DNA from: Patescibacteria group bacterium
Lineage (GTDB): Bacteria > Patescibacteriota > Patescibacteriia > Magasanikbacterales > UBA922
Assembly: GCA_041651535.1 (NCBI GenBank)
Contig: JBAZIZ010000004.1
Span: 24,341-88,340, forward strand
DNA: 64,000 nt
Direction of reading: 5' to 3'
Shown: positions 55,708 to 64,000 of the stretch, one piece after another
How the letters are laid out: each line of letters opens with the position of its first letter
Numbering within the stretch: position 1 is the first letter of the stretch
Program-made: the position numbers and the translations under genes
Notes under the pieces: model-generated
What the model was told of the DNA's origin: nothing
What the model saw: only the letters and a program-made list of their open reading frames with translations
Databases searched by the model: none

Positions 55708-56328
55708 ATGAATATTTTTTTTAGCCCAGAAAGAGGTGGCTCACACGAAACAAAAAAACAACCTTTAAATTTAATTGAAAATTTTGAACAGATATTGTCT
55801 AAAGCCAAACAAGAAAATCAAGGAAAAGAAAATTTGATAAACGAAAAAGTTTTAATACAAATAGAAAAAAACAAAAAAAATGTAGAAAAAAATGAGCAAG
55901 ATTTTAAAGAATTGTTTGAAGATTTTTCAACACGAATTTTAAAATTTTTGGAAAATCCAAAAAATCAATTGAACGATGACAAAGCTGATTTTTTCCAATA
56001 CGGCGGAAGTGGAACAGAATTTGGCATGCTTAATAAAAATGGAAATTTTGAAAATGTTTACACCCATGGAAAAATCGTTGTGGTCAAACAAAACATGATA
56101 AAAATATTTTTAAGTACTATACGTTCTTTAAATGAAGATAATAAATTGGATCAATTACACATTGATTCTTTAAATATGGAATTTGGGGATAATACAATTT
56201 CTCGTTCCCCTTTTGCTGCAGAATTTTCTTTAAATAGAAGGCAAACAGAAAATTTAAAAAAAATTTTAAAAGAAGAACTAAATGAGTATTCTACAAAATT
56301 ACAAAAATCGTTAGACCTTTTAAAATAA
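55708..56328 (+). CDS. Hypothetical protein
   Basis: 206-aa ATG ORF with promoter TTTACT-17-TAAAAT and a terminator. Confidence 0.7.
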   Translation: MNIFFSPERGGSHETKKQPLNLIENFEQILSKAKQENQGKENLINEKVLIQIEKNKKNVEKNEQDFKELFEDFSTRILKFLENPKNQLNDDKADFFQYGGSGTEFGMLNKNGNFENVYTHGKIVVVKQNMIKIFLSTIRSLNEDNKLDQLHIDSLNMEFGDNTISRSPFAAEFSLNRRQTENLKKILKEELNEYSTKLQKSLDLLK

Positions 56329-56343
56329 AAAAATAATTTACTA

Positions 56344-56382
56344 AAAAAACCACCTCTTATATTTCAGGTGGTTTTTTATTTT
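56344..56382 (+). repeat. 39-bp direct repeat, copy 1 (terminator hairpin)
   Basis: AAAAAACCACCTCTTATATTTCAGGTGGTTTTTTATTTT, identical to 57106-57144. Confidence 0.92.
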
Positions 56383-56453
56383 ACTTTTTATTTTTTAGAT
56401 GGTAAAATTAAACTAGACGATTAAAAAGTCTCGACAATATTTAAATAAACAAT

Positions 56454-57086
56454 ATGAGTGAAAAACTGGAAATCTATGACTTAAATTCTAATTTAATAAA
56501 AATAGAAGACAGAAAAAAATTCTATTCAGATATTAGAGAAGAATACAAGAAAAAAAACAAAATTTCTAAGAAAGTAAAATCAATAAGACTAATCTTGATG
56601 AATTCTTCAGGTAGAATTTATTTACAAAAAAGAAGCAAAATAAAGTCAGAAAATTCAGGATTATATGACAAAACTGTTGGTGGACATGTATCTGCAGGAG
56701 ATAGCTTTGATATGACTGTAATACGAGAATGTGCTGAAGAATTAGGTTTTCCAGCAACTGTTTTATCGCCAGAAGAATTTGAAAAATCAATCAAAGTAAC
56801 TAACCTGGAAATTATTGGGATTTTTAAAAAAATTGAATATATCCCTAACTTAATATCAGAGAGAATAATGAAAAATAAATCTAAATTTATTCAACCGTTT
56901 ATGAATTCTTTCTACATTGGATATTATGATGGTCCGATAAAATTTGCAGACGGAGAAAGCTCAGGTATCGAAGTTTTTTCTCTAGATGAATTAAAAAAAG
57001 AAATCAAACAAAATCCAGACAAATTTACTGAAGATATAAAATACATGATTAACAGATACGAAAAATATTTAATTCCTATAAAATAG
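56454..57086 (+). CDS. NUDIX hydrolase (IPP-isomerase-like subfamily)
   Basis: LQKRS..K and Nudix box GGHVSAGDS....VIRECAEELG. Confidence 0.88.
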   Translation: MSEKLEIYDLNSNLIKIEDRKKFYSDIREEYKKKNKISKKVKSIRLILMNSSGRIYLQKRSKIKSENSGLYDKTVGGHVSAGDSFDMTVIRECAEELGFPATVLSPEEFEKSIKVTNLEIIGIFKKIEYIPNLISERIMKNKSKFIQPFMNSFYIGYYDGPIKFADGESSGIEVFSLDELKKEIKQNPDKFTEDIKYMINRYEKYLIPIK

Positions 57087-57105
57087 AATTTGAAATTAAT
57101 TTATC

Positions 57106-57144
57106 AAAAAACCACCTCTTATATTTCAGGTGGTTTTTTATTTT
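57106..57144 (+). repeat. 39-bp direct repeat, copy 2 (terminator hairpin)
   Basis: Identical to 56344-56382. Confidence 0.92.
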
Positions 57145-57154
57145 CTTTAAATTT

Positions 57155-57188
57155 CTTCCCCCTAATAGGGGGAAGTCAGAAGGGGGTT
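57155..57188. repeat. G/C-run palindrome (REP-like)
   Basis: CTTCCCCCTA-A-TAGGGGGAAG followed by TCAGAAGGGGG. Confidence 0.6.
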
Positions 57189-57192
57189 ATTC

Positions 57193-59619
57193 TTATTTTT
57201 TTCCAAACAAACTTCCAATCAATCCTTTCTTTTCTTTTTTCTCTTCAACTTTTACTACTGGTTTTTCTCCGGTTCTTTTAGAATCTGAATGATTTCTATT
57301 AAAATTATTATTTGGTCTTCCGTTATTTCTATCATTATTTCTATCATTATTTCTATTTCCATGACGATAATCATTTCTTCTATCATTATTTCTAAAATTT
57401 CCATTTCCTCTATTATTTCGATCACTATTTCTTGGACCTCTATCTTCTCTATTATTTTCTGTAAAATTTTCTGGTTTATCTTTCAAAATTTTCATGCTTA
57501 AATTTACTCTGCCCATGTTGTCTATTTCTTTGACTTTTACTTTTACAACATCACCTAATTTTAAAACATCACTAGGTTTATTTGTTCTTTCCCAAGAAAT
57601 TTCACTCACATGTACTAAACCGTCTTTTCCAGGAAGCAATTCTACAAAAGCACCAAAATCTTCCAATCTAACAACTTTTCCATCATAAATTTCACCAGCT
57701 TCAATTTCTTTTGTTAAATCAGTAACCATTTTTATAGCTTTTTTCATTCCTTCACCATCTGAAGAAGTGATAAGAACACGGCCGTCTTGTTCAATATCAA
57801 TTTGAACACCAGTTTCAGCAATAATTTTATTAATTACTTTTCCACCAGGACCGATTACATCTTTTATTTTTTCTGGATTAATTTGAATAGTTTCAATTCT
57901 TGGAGCATATTTTGATAGTTCTGCTCGAGGAGAAACAATCGCACTATTCATAACTCCTAAAACTTGTAATCTGGCTTCACGAGCTTGTTTAATTGTTTGT
58001 TTTACTAAATCCCAATTTAAACCATTTGTTTTTGTATCCATTTGGATAGCAGTAATTCCATCAGCAGTACCAGCAATTTTAAAATCCATGCCACCTTTTC
58101 CATCTTCTACATCTTGGAGGTCAGTCAAAACTTTCCAATTACCATTTTCATCAGAAGCAAGTCCCATTGCTATACCAGCAACAGCTTTTTTTATTGGTAC
58201 ACCTGCAGCCATAAGTGACAAACTTGAACCACAAGTTGATGCCATTGAACTAGAACCATTTGAACCCATAACTTCAGAAACTACACGGATAGCATAAGGA
58301 AATTCTTCTTCGCTTGGCAAAACTGCGAGTAAAGCTTTTTCTGCAAGTGCTCCATGTCCAACGGCTCGACGTGAAGGTCCGCGCATTGGAGCTGCTTCTC
58401 CATAAGCAAAAGGAGAATCATTATAATGATGCATATATCTTTTTGTGCCATCTTCTTCCATTGAATCTAAAGTCTGCACGTCACCAGGAGCGCCCAAAGT
58501 TACGATAGAGACAACTTGTGTGTCACCACGCATAAACATTGCACTACCATGAACACGAGGTAATAGATCTATTTCAGAATATAATTCACGTATATCAGTT
58601 AATTTTCTACCATCTAATCTTTGATCTTTTTCTAAAATTCTTTTACTAATTTCACTGCAAATATATTCTTTAATATTTTTTAAAGAATTTTCAATTAAAT
58701 TTTCTCCGATAACTATTGCACCATCTTTATCAGTTTTAATTTCTTTTCCTGTTAAAAATTCTTTTAAATCATGTTTTAATTCATCAATCATTTTGTTTCT
58801 TTCATCTTTAGAAACTTTTGGAGAATTAAAAATTTTGCTATCAGTTTGGGCAGCGATAAAATCTTTTGTCATTTGATTGACGATTTCTTTTGGATCTTGT
58901 AAATCAGTTACAGTTTTTTCTTCTTTAACTACACCGAGTTCTTCTTGAATTTTTTTAATTAAATCCACAACTGCTTTCATTTGTTCACAGCCCCATTTCA
59001 TAGCTGAAAACATTTGTTCTTCTGGAATTTCACTAGCTCGAGCTTCTACCATAACTAATTTTTCTGGAGTACCTGCAACTAATAAATCTAATTTGTTATT
59101 TATTTCTAATTCTTGGTCTGTAATATTTAAAACAAATTCATCATTTGCATTTAAACCAATTCTAGCTCCAGCAATAGGACCATGCCAATTTATTTTTGAA
59201 ATTGACAAAACAACACTAGCTGCAAGCAATCCAACAAAAGAAGCATCATTTTCATTATCAACAGACAAGGCTGTCAAAACAACTTGTACATCATTTCTAA
59301 TACTTTCATCAAACAAAGGACGGATAGCTCTATCAATCATCCGAGCTGATAAAATTGCTTCATCACTTGGACGTCCTTCTCTTTTTATAAAACGAGAACC
59401 TTTTATTTTTCCAGCTGCATATAATCTTTCTTCAAACTCAGTCATGAGTGGAAAAAAATCTATATCACGGACATTTTTGCTCTTAACTACAGTAGCCAAA
59501 ATGGTAGTTTCACCATATTGTACTAGACAAGAGGCATCGGCTTGAAAAGCCATTTTATTTATTTCGATTGAAAGTTTTCTTCCACCCCAATCGATAGACC
59601 AACTTTTTGGTTTTAACAT
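57193..59619 (-). CDS. pnp: Polyribonucleotide nucleotidyltransferase (PNPase) with N/R/D-rich C-terminal tail
   Basis: DFFPL, RMIDRAIRPLF, SNGSSSMAS and GMDFKIAGT motifs; KH and S1 domains. Confidence 0.98.
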   Translation of the reverse strand: MLKPKSWSIDWGGRKLSIEINKMAFQADASCLVQYGETTILATVVKSKNVRDIDFFPLMTEFEERLYAAGKIKGSRFIKREGRPSDEAILSARMIDRAIRPLFDESIRNDVQVVLTALSVDNENDASFVGLLAASVVLSISKINWHGPIAGARIGLNANDEFVLNITDQELEINNKLDLLVAGTPEKLVMVEARASEIPEEQMFSAMKWGCEQMKAVVDLIKKIQEELGVVKEEKTVTDLQDPKEIVNQMTKDFIAAQTDSKIFNSPKVSKDERNKMIDELKHDLKEFLTGKEIKTDKDGAIVIGENLIENSLKNIKEYICSEISKRILEKDQRLDGRKLTDIRELYSEIDLLPRVHGSAMFMRGDTQVVSIVTLGAPGDVQTLDSMEEDGTKRYMHHYNDSPFAYGEAAPMRGPSRRAVGHGALAEKALLAVLPSEEEFPYAIRVVSEVMGSNGSSSMASTCGSSLSLMAAGVPIKKAVAGIAMGLASDENGNWKVLTDLQDVEDGKGGMDFKIAGTADGITAIQMDTKTNGLNWDLVKQTIKQAREARLQVLGVMNSAIVSPRAELSKYAPRIETIQINPEKIKDVIGPGGKVINKIIAETGVQIDIEQDGRVLITSSDGEGMKKAIKMVTDLTKEIEAGEIYDGKVVRLEDFGAFVELLPGKDGLVHVSEISWERTNKPSDVLKLGDVVKVKVKEIDNMGRVNLSMKILKDKPENFTENNREDRGPRNSDRNNRGNGNFRNNDRRNDYRHGNRNNDRNNDRNNGRPNNNFNRNHSDSKRTGEKPVVKVEEKKEKKGLIGSLFGKK

Positions 59620-59706
59620 ACATTTTTAAATTAAGTTGATCTTGATACTATAGACCCTTATTCTTTTTAGGGATCTAGCTGTCTCAAGACCAACAATGAA
59701 TAAATT

Positions 59707-60225
59707 TTAAATTAAAAATTTTTTTGGATTTTCACTTAGATCAATAAAATCATCGGCCAATTCCATTAATTTATTTGAAGAAGTTTCGCCAAAAGCTACA
59801 ACTTCAACTTGTTTTCCCATACTTTGTAAATATTCAACTAATGGAAGATAATCACCATCTCCTGATACAATAACTATGGAATCAAGTGAATTTGATAATC
59901 TAATCGCGTCAACAGTCAATCCTACATCCCAATCAGCTTTTTTATTTCCTCCATTAAAAATCTGTAAATCTTTTTCTCTAGTTTCTATTCCTAAATTATA
60001 TAAAGCCTCAAAAAAAGGTTGTTCTTCTTTACCTTCGGTACTAATAACATAAGCAATAGCTCGAATTAATTTTCTTTCAGCTAAAGCTTCGCTAACTATA
60101 TTACCAAAATTAACCTTTTTGTGAAAAAGATTTTTGGCAGAATAATACATATTCTGTACATCTATAAACACCCCAACGCGTTGATCGGGGTGTTTTAGAG
60201 GATTTTTTTTATTCTTCATTTTCAT
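59707..60225 (-). CDS. NYN (LabA/DUF88, PIN-like) domain protein
   Basis: VFIDVQN, K.DWDV and SGDGDY motifs; start at 60225 or 60219. Confidence 0.92.
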   Translation of the reverse strand: MKMKNKKNPLKHPDQRVGVFIDVQNMYYSAKNLFHKKVNFGNIVSEALAERKLIRAIAYVISTEGKEEQPFFEALYNLGIETREKDLQIFNGGNKKADWDVGLTVDAIRLSNSLDSIVIVSGDGDYLPLVEYLQSMGKQVEVVAFGETSSNKLMELADDFIDLSENPKKFLI

Positions 60226-60544
60226 TTTCTTCAATATTATCATCTAAATCTATATCTTCTTCTTGAATATATTGTTTTGTTTGTTTAAGTTTTAAACTTT
60301 TAACCAAATTTTCGTAAGAACTTGCGTTTTCTCTTTGTAAATATTTCAATAATCTTCTTCTTTCACCAACTTTTCTTAACAAACCACGACGAGAAGAATG
60401 ATCTTTATGGTGTTTTTTTAGATGTCCAATCAAATCATCTATCTCAGCTGATAATATTGCCACTTGAACTTCAGTGGAGCCAGTATCGCCTTCATGAGTT
60501 TGATATTTCTTAATTATGTTTTTCTTTTTTATTTTAGTAAGCAT
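60209..60544 (-). CDS. rpsO: 30S ribosomal protein S15 with acidic C-terminal extension
   Basis: DTGSTEVQVA and HKDHSSRRGL motifs; ATG at 60544; promoter TTGACA-17-TAAAGT at 60630-60658. Confidence 0.97.
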   Translation of the reverse strand: MLTKIKKKNIIKKYQTHEGDTGSTEVQVAILSAEIDDLIGHLKKHHKDHSSRRGLLRKVGERRRLLKYLQRENASSYENLVKSLKLKQTKQYIQEEDIDLDDNIEENENEE

Positions 60545-60704
60545 AACATGCAAATTAATTAGCGGGCTATAGATACGCATGTGAATCCAAGTCCGTATCG
60601 CTAAAAGCGATTTTATAAATTAGGCCTCTACTTTAACATATAAGCAAAAATATGTCAATAATGATAGTGATTTTTTTGCTTAATTTAGATAAAAAAAGTG
60701 GGTT

Positions 60705-61130
60705 TTAACCCACAATATTTGTCAATTTTTTATGTCTTTTTTTCTTTCTTTTTAAAGAAAGAAAATTAAAATCATCATCAGAACTGGTAGAGTCAGAATC
60801 GTTTTTAAAGTCCTTTAAGCCTTTTTTTGTGATTCTTTTTTTCCTCAGCTTTTCCCAAGCTAAGCACAGATTTTGCTTAGCTTTTTCTTTTTTTGCTAAG
60901 AGTAAAATTTCTTTCTCTTTTTTTTGTTTAAAAAGAGAAATTATTTTATTCACATTAATTTGAATGCACTGTTTATTTTTCTTTTCTTCAAACAGATTAT
61001 CCAAAAAAAATTTTATGGTTTTTTCGCCTTGGTTTAGATATATATCTATCCAAGGTTCTTTTATTTCAAAAACTTTTATAGTTTTTAAAACAAACCTGAG
61101 AAATTCTTCTGTATAAAAACCCTTTCTCAT
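60705..61130 (-). CDS. Orphan basic protein (SD-led class)
   Basis: SD AAGGAGGA before the ATG; terminator GTGGGT/ACCCAC plus U-tract overlapping the stop. Confidence 0.65.
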   Translation of the reverse strand: MRKGFYTEEFLRFVLKTIKVFEIKEPWIDIYLNQGEKTIKFFLDNLFEEKKNKQCIQINVNKIISLFKQKKEKEILLLAKKEKAKQNLCLAWEKLRKKRITKKGLKDFKNDSDSTSSDDDFNFLSLKRKKKRHKKLTNIVG

Positions 61131-61154
61131 TGTATCCTCCTTTTTTTTCTGTAA

Positions 61155-61466
61155 TCAAATATTTTTCCAGCTGGAAATTTCTTCCAGTTTTTTATTTACC
61201 TCTTCTCCTTTGCTTTCTCCTAAGAGAAAAGAAGAAAGTCCTTTTTTGTTCAACTCTTTTTTCAAAGAGTTAACTGAAAGAACTTTAAAAAGAGAAAAAA
61301 TAAAACCTTTTTTTTCAGGAGAAATTTTTATAAAAATCTCCTGAAACCCCGACACACTTTGAAGTGTGTCAAGAACTTTTACAGTAACACAAAAGTTCAA
61401 AAGAATTGTTTTATCTTCTTTCTGAGGAAGATACAAAAAAATCTTTTTTTTAAATTTTCCTCTCAT
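61155..61466 (-). CDS. Orphan protein (SD-led class)
   Basis: ATG at 61466 with AAGGAG; promoter TTGACA-17-TAATCT at 61501-61529; boxA-like GCACTTTAAAT at 61482-61492. Confidence 0.65.
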   Translation of the reverse strand: MRGKFKKKIFLYLPQKEDKTILLNFCVTVKVLDTLQSVSGFQEIFIKISPEKKGFIFSLFKVLSVNSLKKELNKKGLSSFLLGESKGEEVNKKLEEISSWKNI

Positions 61467-61607
61467 TTTTGATTCTCCTTTATTTAAAGTGCTATTAAGT
61501 AGATTAGTCTTTTTTAATTTTTCTGTCAATAACAAAAAAATGAATTATAAAAATTTATCTTAGACATTTTATTTTTTTGTGCTATAATAAAAAAATAAAA
61601 AAAATTT

Positions 61608-62489
61608 ATGATTAAACCAATTATTGAAACAATTAAATCAAATACTAATTATTCTCTTGTGGACAGTGGTGACGGAGAAAAATTAGAAAGATATGGAAAA
61701 ATAATTTTACGTCGTCCAGACCCACAAGCTTTATGGCCAAAAAATTTACCAGAAAAAAAATGGCAAGAAGCTGATGCTTTTTTTGAAAGAAGTGGTGAAA
61801 ACGCAGATTGGCTTTATAAAAAAAATATTGAAAAAAAATGGCAAATAGAATATGAGGGGTTAAAATTATGGATCAAACCAAGTGCTTTTAAACATACTGG
61901 ACTTTTTCCTGAACAAGCTACAAATTGGCAATGGTTTGGTGAATTGATTGAAAACGAATGTAAAAAAGGCAAAGAAATTAGTGTACTTAATCTTTTTGGT
62001 TATACGGGTGGAGCTAGTCTCTATGCTGCCAAAAAAGGAGCTAAAGTTTGTCATGTTGATGGTAGCAAAAGTGCTATCAATTGGGGAAAAGAAAACGCTG
62101 AAATTTCTGGTTTATTGGAAAAACCAATACGCTGGATTTTGGATGATGCCATGACTTTTGTTCAAAGAGAAATTAAACGTGGCAAAAAATATGATGGTAT
62201 TATTATGGATCCACCAGCTTTTGGACATGGACCAAACGGAGAAATGTGGAAAATAGAAAAAGATTTTTTGAAATTATTATCAGCTACAAAACAAATTTTA
62301 ACTGAAAAACCTCTTTTTTATTTAATAAATGGTTACGCCTCTGGTTATTCAGCTTTAGCTTATGGAAATTGCCTCTTACCTTTACAAAAACAACTTGGGG
62401 GCAAAATAGAAATTGGAGCTTTAACTATTTCTGAAGAAAATGGACAAAGAGTTTTGCCATGCGGAATTTTTGGCCGCTGGTCAAAATAA
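61608..62489 (+). CDS. Class I SAM-dependent methyltransferase (RlmI/RlmK-like)
   Basis: DSGDGEKLERYG, HTGLFPEQ, VLNLFGYTG and IIMDPP motifs. Confidence 0.88.
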   Translation: MIKPIIETIKSNTNYSLVDSGDGEKLERYGKIILRRPDPQALWPKNLPEKKWQEADAFFERSGENADWLYKKNIEKKWQIEYEGLKLWIKPSAFKHTGLFPEQATNWQWFGELIENECKKGKEISVLNLFGYTGGASLYAAKKGAKVCHVDGSKSAINWGKENAEISGLLEKPIRWILDDAMTFVQREIKRGKKYDGIIMDPPAFGHGPNGEMWKIEKDFLKLLSATKQILTEKPLFYLINGYASGYSALAYGNCLLPLQKQLGGKIEIGALTISEENGQRVLPCGIFGRWSK

Positions 62490-62495
62490 AAAAAT

Positions 62496-63260
62496 ATGTT
62501 TATAGATAATTTAAACCCGATTTTATTCCAATTCGGTTTTATCACTATTCGTTGGTATGGTGTTTTTTTAGCCTGTGGAATTTTAACTTGTTTTTTTATT
62601 TATCAAAAATTATGGCAAGAAAAAAAATATAATCTTGATTTACTTTATGATCTTTTAATTTGGTTAATCATTGGCGGACTTATTGGCGCCAGACTCGGAC
62701 ATATTATTTTTTATAATTTAACATTTTTTTTAAACAATCCTTGGGAAATTATTTTTATCAATCATGGTGGTTTGTCTAGTCATGGTCTAACTATCGGACT
62801 TTTACTGACTTTGTATTTTTTTGTTAAAAAGAAAAAAATAAATATACAAAAATATATTGATATTTTAATTTTACCAATCCCACTTCTAGCGTTTTTTATC
62901 CGAATTGGAAATTTTTTTAATTCTGAAATTATTGGTAAAGCAAGCGAGCTACCTTGGTGTGTATATTTTCCAAAAAATAATCTAGAACTTGTTTGTCGTC
63001 ACCCAAGCCAATTGTATGAAGCCCTAATTACACTTACTATATTTTTTATTTGTCTTTATACTTATAAAAAAATAAAGTATAGACCTTATTTTATTTTAAA
63101 TTTATTTTTACTTCTTTATTTTTCTACCAGATTTTTAGTTGAATTTGTAAAAGAAAGACATATTTTATTTGACTTCCCGCTCAGTATGGGACAAATTCTT
63201 AGTATTCCTTTTATTATTTATTCTGTTTATTGGTTTTTTAAAAAGCGAGTAAATAAATAG
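62496..63260 (+). CDS. lgt: Prolipoprotein diacylglyceryl transferase
   Basis: IRWYG, GARLGH, GGLSSHG, RIGNFFNSE and HPSQLYE motifs. Confidence 0.96.
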   Translation: MFIDNLNPILFQFGFITIRWYGVFLACGILTCFFIYQKLWQEKKYNLDLLYDLLIWLIIGGLIGARLGHIIFYNLTFFLNNPWEIIFINHGGLSSHGLTIGLLLTLYFFVKKKKINIQKYIDILILPIPLLAFFIRIGNFFNSEIIGKASELPWCVYFPKNNLELVCRHPSQLYEALITLTIFFICLYTYKKIKYRPYFILNLFLLLYFSTRFLVEFVKERHILFDFPLSMGQILSIPFIIYSVYWFFKKRVNK

Positions 63261-63344
63261 GTAAGTAAAAAACCTTGACAAAAACCTCAAAAAATGATTA
63301 TATTTAGTTAGCTCGTTATCAATTTATTAAAAGGAGAATTACAA

Positions 63345-63668
63345 ATGAGAGTATTCGTTTGGTTTCCAGAAGAAGAACAGAAAATAAAAATACCTGGAAA
63401 AAATGGAAAAGCTCTTTATCTCGAAATTAACTCTGAGGCTAAAGACTTACTTATAGGCACTCTTATAGTGTTTTACACTAGAAGAGGAAATAAAGGAAGT
63501 AAGATAGTCTTTAAAATTAAAGATGAGCCAACTTATGATTCAGGCACAAGCCGACTTTTTTTTAGAGTTGTGCTTGATGAAAATGAAGCCACGACGAAAC
63601 AAATTGAGTTTTTTTTCAGAAAATGGAAATATACTCCCAGAGAGTTCGACCAGAGAGTTCGACGCTAA
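63345..63668 (+). CDS. Orphan protein (SD-led class)
   Basis: TTGACA at 63275; boxA-like GCTCGTTATCAA at 63311; SD AAGGAG at 63331; terminator CCTGGA-TTCG-TCCAGG plus U-tract at 63705-63729. Confidence 0.75.
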   Translation: MRVFVWFPEEEQKIKIPGKNGKALYLEINSEAKDLLIGTLIVFYTRRGNKGSKIVFKIKDEPTYDSGTSRLFFRVVLDENEATTKQIEFFFRKWKYTPREFDQRVRR

Positions 63669-63804
63669 AAAGAAATAAGTCTCTCAATTTTCTTTGCCTT
63701 TCCGCCTGGATTCGTCCAGGTCTTTTTTTATATTTAAAAAAACAACCATATTTCAGATTGCTTTTCAGCAAAAAACTTTTGACTTTTTACTTTCAACTTT
63801 TGAC

Positions 63805-64000
63805 TTATAGCAGTGGTTTCCCTGTCATTTCATTTGGAATCTCTAAACCAGCGTGTTTCAAAATCGTTGGTGCAATATCAGCTAAAATTCCTACAGGAGT
63901 CAAAAGAGAAATATCTATTTTTTTTATATCCAAAATATTTTGTCCAACAAAACGATTACCAATAACTAAAAATGGTACTGGATGATTATTATGTTCTTTA
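63805..64000 (-). CDS. gpmI: 2,3-bisphosphoglycerate-independent phosphoglycerate mutase, C-terminal part
   Basis: Manual translation ...EHNNHPVPFLV...GILADIAPTILKHAGLEIPNEMTGKPLL*. Confidence 0.88.
   Translation of the reverse strand, partial: KEHNNHPVPFLVIGNRFVGQNILDIKKIDISLLTPVGILADIAPTILKHAGLEIPNEMTGKPLL

Noticed and set aside
56344-57144. 39-bp repeats as a CRISPR array or attC sites
   Set aside because: There are only two copies, separated by a whole gene, with no cas genes or integrase and no RYYYAAC/GTTRRRY ends.
61351-61370. Hairpin GACACACTT-TG-AAGTGTGTC inside an orphan ORF
   Set aside because: It is a single occurrence with no supporting context and could be chance.
63623-63985. 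120-aa plus-strand ORF
   Set aside because: It crosses a terminator and lies antisense to the gpmI 3' end.

Overview
AT-rich core-genome segment of a Patescibacteria (CPR) bacterium, most likely Parcubacteria-type (inferred from the missing rpmD/L30, the 16S signatures and the gene content). It uses genetic code 11. The window holds the S10-spc ribosomal protein cluster (secY to rpsJ), tuf, and a solitary intron-free 16S rRNA gene that sits inside a broken str operon (rpsL-rpsG-fusA | trmD-MTase | 16S | hypothetical | tuf-rpsJ). It also holds rpmB and a probable 6S RNA (both absent from the ORF track), argS, a frameshift-free prfB, groESL with a variant CIRCE, recO, yqgF, map, metK, tgt, rlmH, a flippase and O-antigen ligase pair, alkD, xth, rlmD-like, rpoBC, ftsH, ftsK, rplS, recA, rpsO-NYN-pnp, lgt and the 3' end of gpmI. 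I found no CRISPR array, tRNA, transposase, integrase or prophage. The most unusual pattern is two translation-initiation regimes. The housekeeping genes I inspected lack Shine-Dalgarno sequences and have T at -1. Five orphan ORFs in four units have strong SD sites and A at -1, and each unit carries its own sigma70 promoter, usually a boxA-like motif, and a terminator. Other signals are an exact 39-bp terminator duplication around a NUDIX gene, nested palindromic elements, 7-nt-periodic intergenic repeats, DnaA boxes next to strong promoters, and several structured leaders. Coordinates not taken from the ORF track were counted by eye and may be off by a base or two.
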